From: Lytechinus pictus
Lineage: Eukaryota
Assembly (NCBI RefSeq): GCF_037042905.1
Contig: NC_087251.1
Span: forward strand, 9,984,001 to 10,048,000
Length of the DNA: 64,000 nt
Reading direction: 5' to 3'
Under the pieces are notes generated by a model that searched no databases, was not told the origin of the DNA, and was given only the letters and a program-made list of their open reading frames with translations. The translations under genes and the position numbers were made by a program. Shown piece after piece: positions 55,015 through 64,000 of the stretch. The stretch's first letter is position 1. Each line of letters starts with the position of its first letter.

Positions 55015-56721
55015 GAATGTCGAACTATTATTATTTACAAATAATGAAGTATTACTTGGAATTATATATAAATAATTAGAAATGATATTTTATATAATAG
55101 TAGTTATTTACAAATAAAATGTAAATTATATATAAATAATAGTTATTTAATAAATAATGATTATATAACAAATAATTGTTCTATATAATATTGGTACATT
55201 CGGCGCCTCATATGTCCCCGGGCCTTTTCTAGTTTTTCCAGGGGACTGCGAGACGAACTGTCCTGTTATTTTTCGCTGGAGACCCTTGTTTATTTTTTGA
55301 TTTTTTTTTGCTTATCTAGATTCCTGGGAAACAAATTGCAAAATGGCCTTTAATTTTTCTTTGCTGAAGTACCTTGTATTTTTTAATTTTTATTTATCAT
55401 TATTATGTATTTTATTGTTATTATTATTTTTTTGAAGTTTTGCTCTTTATGCTATCACGCCAATTTACACCCTGTAAAAGTTCGAATCTGAAACCGCCCT
55501 TGCATTCGATATGTTGCATCATGTGACATTGGAAAATAATTTTTTATTTTTCTACAAGCTCTAATATACAATGCAACTAATAGTCCAAGGCAATTGAAGT
55601 GCAATGCCAGTGGCCACTCTTATTGCCCTGGGAACTGGATATTCCTTTTATATAAGCTTCATGAAATATGAAAACAACTAAGATGAATCATTTTTCAAAA
55701 TTAGATAAAAACATATTTGATAACTAAACTCTAATTTCATTGACCTAAAAAAACATGTGACCTTAGCTAAGAAACACATCTGATAACCATATCAGTTTTA
55801 TTTCATTTGATAGTTTTATCAGTAAATTGATCTGAAATTACATTTTACCTTGACCCAGTGACCTATCTCAGGCCAAATAATAAGTTAAAAGTTTCATCAA
55901 ATACTTTCATCAAGGTCTTTATGCTTTCATAGTTATGCCAGTTCAAAAACTTAACCTTGGTTAAGTTTCTATGTTGATGTTGCTGCCTTTGGATACATCA
56001 TCCCAAATCATCTTAAACATTTTTTTTCTCTGTACAATACATTCAAAGAATTATCAGTATCCAACTCGTAACTAGACTATAATTCAGGGGCAAGTTGTCA
56101 GGTACAGATCCTCTCCAAATGAAGGCATCATGCTCATAGAATGATGTTAAAGGAAAATAATAAATTCAAGTTCTCTCTTGCCAATACATCAGTATCACAA
56201 AAATCTTGATCTCGCTAATTTTGCATTTCTCTTAATCTTTTCTTCATTCCACAATCCCCATGGTCCCGTAAACTTCATTTTATGTTATCTTATCATAACC
56301 ATAAGACATTCAAAGATCATCAAGTCACTTCTGTTGGACCTATCTGTTGAGACATTCCCTAAATATATCAGTTTGCTTGTAATTTTCTACCCCACCCCTT
56401 GAAAAAAATAAAACAAAAGCAACGTAACATAAATTTGTTAAATTATCTGTAAAAATGACAATCGTTCTATTTACACTACAGGTACGATACATGCAAATAA
56501 ACAAAATGGAATCTGGAGATGTGTGTATATATAAATATATATATATATATAGAGCCTACATCCTACGAAAGGGCGAAGTCTATGAATGGGTTTATTCCGT
56601 CATAATACACATAAAGACGTTAAGACGAAGGTAGAGGGCATTAAGGCGCATCACAAACAACAAAAGAAGACAAAAAAATTTGCCTTAAACTCAGATGTAG
56701 AGAAATTATATATATATATAT

Positions 56722-57421
56722 AAACCCCTCAAAAAAGTTTGGAAATCTGTGTTTGGCCATTAATTTCTCCCAACTCCCGATTATACACAATGCATATTTT
56801 ACATCATTCAAAAGATCATTTAATTCTCTTTAAAATGATACCATACTTGTTATGATCATGCCATCACGAAAAGAGCAGGATTCAAAAGTGTTGGATGAGG
56901 TCTGAATTGAAAAGATGCAAAACGAGCAGAAATAGTCATGAAGGGTCAATACAGAATATGATTCTTTTGTCTGTGTCTATTTGAAAATCCATTCAAATCA
57001 AGCCCCTGCTTGTGTAGTGATGGTTCTGTGAGATAACATGGTTTGTGTCGTGGTTTGAAATACCCATGCATGTTTGTTTGTTATGTGTTTGCTTGAGCAG
57101 AGGTGTGTTTCATTCCATGTTAATGTTGATGTTAAGGTGTGTGAAACCAATTAAAAGAAACCGCTGAGAAACTCACTCATCACCACTGAAAAAAGAAGTG
57201 ACTTTCAATATTGTGTCATTTTTGCAACTTTTGAATTTTGAACTTGCCCCACATTTCAAGGCACTGCATCTCCATGTGAACCATAATCATATCATGTAGG
57301 GTATCATTTTAAAGAGAATTAAATGCTCTATTCATTGATATTAATTACATATTGATATTTACTTAAACCGAGGAGGTATTATCAATCAATATCAGATTTC
57401 CAAACTTTTTTTAAGGAGTTT
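56722..57421. mobile_element. Tc1/mariner-like non-autonomous element within a (TA)n tract
   Basis: Ends AAACCCCTCAAAAAAGTTTGGAAATCTG / CAGATTTCCAAACTTTTTTTAAGGAGTTT. A further inverted match TTTAATTCTCTTTAAAATGATACC / GGTATCATTTTAAAGAGAATTAAA lies inside; TA runs on both sides. Confidence 0.78.
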
Positions 57422-59849
57422 ATATATATATATATTGGTGCAAACAGAATACACACAAGTAAAACAATAATGCACTGTTTTAAAAAATCTAAGAAAATGA
57501 GGGAGAAAAAGCATTAAGCATGCCATTTATTTACTATTTTCCGGAGAAAGGAAATCTAAAAGTACTTGTATGTAATGTACATGACATATACTGTGTATGC
57601 AAAGCACTAGGAATAAACATTGGGAGTAAATGCCCATGCAAAAATGTGACTTATGAATGATAAAACCAAGTTAGGCAAGGTCCTTGGAATCATCCAAATT
57701 ACCTTGTTATAGCAGAAATATCAAAGTACTAAAAAGTCTAATTAACATTACAGAGATGCAATTAGGAATATTATCCACAAAAATTAGGCAGGAATATGGA
57801 GCATCTAATCAGGGAGTTGGCATGGCCGGCTTAATTGTGGGTCAAAAGTTTTTTTTTAATTATCACATTCTGATGGTAGCAAATATTACACTGCAATAAT
57901 TTTAAAGGGGAGAGCTTTGGGAGTAATTGCAATTGTTCTGGCTTAATTTGATCATTCAATGAAGGTCTTCAATACAGCCACTACTAGATTGAAGGGTTAA
58001 CCTATCAATTCATAAGAAGTTCACAGGGTCCTTGATCATAAAAGATACAATCAATTGTACAAATGAGATTAACTGTAAAGTCTGACACACCATGTACAAG
58101 ATTTAAAATCAATAGTAATAAATTGAATGACTTCTCATTCAAAACACTCAAATCAGTCCCTCTTTTTTAAGAGGGTACCCTTAGACTTAAAAAAAACATA
58201 TGAAAGATTACAATAGAGTTTTAGCTCTCTTAGAGGTTAGAACCAAGTCTATACACTTTTGTATAATGTTTAATTTTAGAACAGAGGATAACATACCAGT
58301 ATTAAAGTGCGAGAGCACCCACCTCAATCATGATTGAGAGGTTCTTAAACAGATAATCAACAGTTTCTGCATTTACTCCATTTACACACAACTTGGGCCT
58401 AATTCGAAAGAGAAAATGGGATGCAGTAGAAACTTTGGTATTATGGAGTAATTAACTGCTTGATTTCAATGAAAAAATAGTTCTTCATGACATATTCTTT
58501 ATAATAAAAACTTTCAAGTGTTTGCTTTTACATATATTATACAATGGAAAAACACTGAACTGAAATTGAAAGTCACATGCATCACCTTATTTTCATGAAG
58601 GAAGGATAGAACACAGAAAAGAAGTTCATTTTATAGTTTTTCTGCTACTATCAATTAGATTTTTACAACATTCTACCTGTGCCATATTATATATATGTAG
58701 TAATCATCTAAGAATTGTCCAAAATTCCAAATAAGGCACAATTAATGGCTCCAAGTATAATAATATTTTTTTTTATTTGTGCACTGTTTTTAAGTGATCA
58801 CTTTAAGTGACATCTTATATATACCTACATTACATGATCATTATGAAATAAATGAAACATTTTACCATTTTGTTTAGGAACCACATACAATGTCCACATT
58901 TGTGCACAAATTGAATATAGGAGGGAATAAGAAACCCATGCAGATGACAAAATAAAGTGCTGCTGGATAAAATGAACTGCAGTTTCTTATTTCAAATAAA
59001 TGCCAAAATATTGGATAAGTACATATCAATCATTGGAAAAAAATATATAACTGTATGAGAGGAAGTAAGGGAATGTACTTTGAGGACCACAAATGCTAAC
59101 TATGATGGATTCAAAAGCACATACCTCAATAGCTTGTCAGTTGCTTGAATAACTATAAATGTATTTGTAATCTGTGAATCGAAAATTAACATTGTCCAAT
59201 TAAGAATTTCTAAAGTATTGATTTACCCTTAATCTTATTACATCAATGATTTAAGCCAATGATTTAACAGTGAAATGGTTAACTGCTACTTTTCTTATAA
59301 TTTCATGCCACTCTTATTTTTCAGCTCCCTATCCAAAGCTTGAGCCATTTTTTCAGCATCTTTCCGCAGGATTCCCATCCAGCCTTTGCCTATCTTATCC
59401 TATTATTTCTGCATAGACATGTTAAAAGTGGGATTGGGCAAGCAGATACGAAATCCTGCATGCAATGCAGTCACCAACAGACAACTTGTTATGCTACCTT
59501 ACATCTCCAATAAAGTAAATTTAACGCTTTCAAATATTTCCTATATTTTTATAGAAAAAAATATACATGTATCTATGTACAAGAAAATAATGTAATAATA
59601 TATATTTCCCAATCCCATTATAACATCACCTGCTCCTTACCCAACCCATCACATACACCCACACTCTCTCTCTTTATCTCAAATAATAAAATTCATTACC
59701 CTCAATGACTAAAGTTCTTTCAGATCAATAGCTACGTCTCTCCAGCAAAATATTAACCAATTCAGTCTTAGCAATGAAACATACATTTCAATATGATTAC
59801 CAAATACTCACTAGTCCTTGTAGTAATGTTATGAAAGTAATCATTTCAG

Positions 59850-61104
59850 CAGGCCTCTACAAAAAAAATTTTCGTCACTTGCCTTGTCGGGCAAGTGATG
59901 AAAAAAATTGCTTTCCAAATAGAAAAAAATGCTTGCCCAATTGTTTTATAATTTTTTTAATTATGACTGCACTACTCTTATTTTCATATGCCATACAAAA
60001 TAAGAACAATTGAGAATCGTGTACAGTATAAAAGAACACACATTTAAAAGGGTATTTTCAGCAACGTAGGCCTGAGTCATTACGTTTATTCAAAAAAAAA
60101 ACTTTCGCTATTTATAAATGGGCTTTTAAGGTTTAAAAGAAAACCTTCACCAAAAGTTGCTAAAATTTCATATTTTGCAACTTTAAATCCACAAAATGGT
60201 TATCTGTTTGCCATACTTCCTTAGAATTGTTTTCAATTACCTAGTTGAAAACTATAAAGAAAGCCAGTGAAAAATATTCAGCTCTTTATTGACTCTGAAA
60301 AAATCGTTTAATAATGTTTAAAAAAAAAATCAAAAGTGGAGTGGCTAAAATTTAACATTTTGCATCTTTAATTCCATGAAATGGTCATTTATTTTCCATA
60401 TTTCCTTAATTTTTTTTAATTAGTTGGAAACCATCAAGAAAATTAAGAATATTCACCTCTCTCTTGTCTTTTCTTCATCATTTTATGATGTTACACTTGG
60501 TCAATATTTTTTTTATTGTAGTCCCACATGTACATGTAGACTTTCATGATTTTTTTCATGGTGTTACAACATTAACAGAAAACGATCGTTGATCGTTTTG
60601 AACTTGGTCAACACCATGAAAGTCTACATGTGGGACCACAATAATAAAAAACATTTACCGAGTGTAACATCATCATAAATCAGAGTTAAGAAAGAGCTGA
60701 ATATTCTTCATTTTTTCGGTAGTTTCCAACTAAATCAAAACAATTTCAAGGTAATATGGAAAATAGATGGCCATTTTTTTTTGGTTTGCATCGGCAAATT
60801 GTGCAAGATAGTAGCGCATGCGCAGTCATTGCACACATAGAACGTAAAATGCGATGGCATGGTTTTTCGAACGAGGTACCTGGCGATAAACTATTGGTAA
60901 CTGGCGCTGATTTTACATCAGTTTCAACTATTTTTTTTTACTGTTTGACATAATATGAGATATGTGTGATTATCCAAAAGATATTGAAATTTTATTATTT
61001 TATTTCTAAAACAACCACTTGCCCGATCGGGCAATTGACTTTGAGAAATGCTTGCCCGCACGTCATTTTCACTTGCCCCAGGCAAGCGGGTTTGTTGCGC
61101 CCTG
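59850..61104. mobile_element. Degenerate non-autonomous DNA transposon (hAT-like CAGG...CCTG ends) with internal palindrome
   Basis: Repeated subterminal ACTTGCCC/GGGCAAG motifs at both ends; internal direct and inverted repeats; no clear TSD. Confidence 0.55.
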
Positions 61105-62090
61105 CTTTTGTTTCTTTCAATTCTGATTCACTGATGAAAAAAAATAGTACCTACATGTAAAACCAATATTGTTGCACAAACAATTTTTTTTAAAACAATT
61201 AATTAAGAAATTAAAAAAAAGTTTAATAAGGTTTTCTACATGTAAGTGAATATGTTTGTTTATTCTGTAAATTTTTCGATCATAAATTTAGACTATATCA
61301 CAGTGCTTAAATGTCGCATTTTTCATACACATTGTCTTGTCAGTGCTATTAAGAGTTCCGAGTATACATGTAGCTAATGAATGAAAAAATATAGATCCAC
61401 TGAAGAAGTTGGTCTACATTAAACAGCATATTTTGAAAGTAGGCCTATAACAAAAACCTGGATGCATTTTCCCCTCTTAAATTCGAGAATTCCTTAAATC
61501 TTCACATATACATGTACATGATCAAATAAAAGGGACATATATCGAAAAGGTAGAAAGGTTCAAATGATGGATCATGTCTTGAAAATACACAAAGATCAAA
61601 CAATACTGCATTTATGTACAGACATTCAATCACAGGTAAATGTATCTTCATTATCATTTTAAAGCTAACATCTTCATTAGATTCATCTTGGCATTCTCAA
61701 TTGACTGCTAGATTGTTGGGATTGAGAAATGGACATTTCTATTAAAGTTGTCATTAAAATTGTTACTTTGACTGGAAATCGATGGAAGCTGTGTACAAGC
61801 CAGTGACATTCCGATCTGTTGTAAGAGCAGTCCGATAGAACTATAATGACAGGTCTTATTCTCATATCCAAATAAAGAAGAAATATACAGAGTAATGTAT
61901 ATATGTACACAACATGACTCCTCCCAACCTTCTACACTGTGAATTGCCATCTGGATACAGTCAATCCTTCTCTCTTCGAATCTACTTCTTCATATTCTCT
62001 CTATGTCCATAGCATGGCACCCATCTTATTCATAGAAGTTAACCTTCAAGTTATGAATGCTTTTTGCACATGTTTGGAGTAACCAGATCT

Positions 62091-62321
62091 TCAATTACTA
62101 CTTGTATCACTTGTGTTGGGCTCCTCAAAACCATCTCTTTCGGTGATCAGTGCCCTCTCCAGAATTGTGCGACCTTCTTTGTACCTCTGGTTGTCCTCTG
62201 TTGCAAATTCATACATCCAGCCTAACTTGGTGTCGCAATTCTTACAGAAGACATCGCGCACCATGTGCCGGCCAGTGATCATCATACGATCTTGTACATC
62301 ACTGTATGATAGATTAACAAC
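62091..62321 (-). CDS. YPEL5: Protein yippee-like 5, copy B, coding exon 2; spliced protein 123 aa
   Basis: ttttccag acceptor, phase 0. Encodes [29 protein letters not shown]...[11 protein letters not shown] then TGA. Confidence 0.95.
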   Translation of the reverse strand, partial: VVNLSYSDVQDRMMITGRHMVRDVFCKNCDTKLGWMYEFATEDNQRYKEGRTILERALITERDGFEEPNTSDTSSN

Positions 62322-62749
62322 CTGGAAAATAGAAAACAATTGTAATAATCCTTAAAGATAAGAATTCACTTGTGTTATCGAAACATACGATTATGTTACC
62401 TATATTAACAGAATCCAACAAAATGACTATCAAATGTTGCATGTAAATACGAGCCAAATGAATCTGGTAGAAAATTTCTTTAATAGTCTCATGATGAATA
62501 GTAAACTACTGATGAATCCTTTATTTAGACAGGTGATTTCAAGGCATCTACTGGTTCAATGCACATCTTTTAATCATCATGATTTGAACTTTTCAATGAG
62601 AATTTTTGACATCAATATTTCACAGAATTTGATATTACTTTAGTCTATAAAAACCCCAACAATTCCACATTTCTGTTACAAGGAATTCACTTGCGATTAT
62701 AAAAAAATAACTTTACTGAAATTAATTTATACAAATTACAAAGAATTAC

Positions 62750-62890
62750 CTTATTGAAGAGGAATGCTCTCCCTGTTGAACCAGTAAACCTTGTTGATAG
62801 CAACTCGGCTCTGTTGGTGAGATTGGAATCACAGTTGGCGCAAGAATAGAGTCTGGTGCCACCCATGTGATCAAGGAACACACGACCCAT
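62750..62890 (-). CDS. YPEL5: Protein yippee-like 5, copy B, coding exon 1 (47 codons)
   Basis: [20 protein letters not shown]...RAFLFNK followed by donor gtaatt. The 5'UTR acceptor gttttag opens the exon at 62915. Confidence 0.95.
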
Positions 62891-63659
62891 CTTGGCAGAT
62901 GAACAGCGTTGAGATCTAAAACACGGAAATATAAACCCACATCTTTTGAATTACATGCATATTCATGCCGTTACAGTCCTTTAAAAATGGACAGGTCACT
63001 TTTCATTAACAAAAAATTACTCAAAATAACAATGAGATATACCTGGCTGGTGAGACATCTTTTCCTTTAATTTTCCATTAAAAAAAATCCAACTTAAAAA
63101 GTTGTGAGGTATCATTTGTGAAAGTATAATAAAGCGAAAGTCCACCCCAATAAAAAGTCAATCTGAATAAAAACAGAAAAAGTCAAACAAGCATAACACT
63201 GAATTTTCATTGAAATTGGATGTGAAATAAGTTCTGAATTAATTTTTTTTTTTAAATTCTCGCCTACATGTAGATCTTTCACAAAACAGTTCAGTCATAC
63301 AGCAGCATTTCGGCTTCGTTAGAATTCTCAGTCACACATCACTTCGCTTGGATTTGTTCTAATTTTTAAATGGACCGAGGGTAGTGACCAAAATCATGCA
63401 AACATGAAGCGAACAAATGAGTGAGCTGCTGGTGCCCCAGGGAGATCTTTCGGTTGCTAACTTTAGCCTGTCTATGGCGAAGCCAAGCATTGCCAAGCAA
63501 AGTGATGTCTGAATAAGAATTTGACAATGACCTGCTCAAGATACAACCGAGATCTACAGCCGTTCCCAATTGCGATATTCGGAAAAGTGGTGGGCATAAC
63601 AGATATTGGGTGATTTCAAGTTAGGTATTCAGTGTTGATGTTGAGAACGTAAAAAGGCA

Positions 63660-63760
63660 GCTGAACCGAGCTCCAACACCGAGCTGAGTTCAGAGGAATG
63701 TTACCAATCGCGTTATCGATAGCATATGACGTCATGCCTCTGCCCTGCGTTGCTGATCAT
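63660..63760 (-). promoter_or_regulatory. Candidate promoter elements upstream of YPEL5 copy B
   Basis: Perfect CRE TGACGTCA at 63727-63734 and CCAAT at 63704 in CpG-richer sequence about 0.8 kb upstream of the ATG. Confidence 0.35.
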
Positions 63761-64000
63761 CTAAACTTGTACACACGGGTGGCCAAATTATTTCCAAACA
63801 CCCCCTAAAAGAGTTTTTCTCTGTGTGCAAAATAACCCCCTTAACAAGTTTTTTTGCGGGCAAAATTTATTTACACATTTTGGCCCCTTAACAAGTTGTC
63901 GCCCGTAGGACAAAAAAAACGAAACGGCATTTCTACTAAAAAGCATCACCTTAATATATTCTTTATTAGCATTATTGTCAAAGAAATTGCTCAAAACTTA

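Larger units (their letters stand above)
51395..55212. mobile_element. 3.8-kb foldback (palindromic) non-autonomous DNA element with 6-bp TSD TGTCCC
   Basis: Starts TATGAGGCGCCGAATGTACC and ends GGTACATTCGGCGCCTCATA. Arms 51395-53327 and 53337-55212 are reverse complements. TGTCCC is directly repeated at 51389-51394 and 55213-55218. Mirror-image short ORFs in the track (52938+ vs 53724-) confirm the inversion. Confidence 0.92.

Noticed and set aside
51395..55212. Reading the palindrome as a TA-TSD Tc1/mariner element or as an assembly fold-back artefact
   Set aside because: The exact TGTCCC duplication outside the TA is more parsimoniously the TSD. Distinct flanks, arm mismatches and different repeat counts argue against an artefact, though read support was not checkable.

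Overview
AT-rich eukaryotic genomic DNA from an invertebrate animal. The SINE/MITE repertoire suggests an echinoderm such as a sea urchin (inference). The window holds three genes. (1) On the + strand, the 3' part of a PLEKHG1/2/3-family DH-PH RhoGEF: ten exons that splice in one frame from 3441 to the stop at 36680, plus a probable 24-nt microexon; the start of the gene is not seen in this window. (2) and (3) On the - strand, two tandem, diverged YPEL5/yippee paralogues, one with the coding intron (62091-62890) and one without it (48354-48719). Between them lies the most striking object: a 3.8-kb almost spacer-less palindrome (51395-55212) with a 6-bp target-site duplication, arrays of palindromic 31-bp repeats, nested inverted modules and no recognisable coding capacity, i.e. 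a foldback-type mobile element I cannot assign to a named superfamily. The rest is introns and probable UTRs with tRNA-derived SINEs, MITEs and microsatellites. Most short ORFs in the track are spurious. Novelty cannot be established without database searches.
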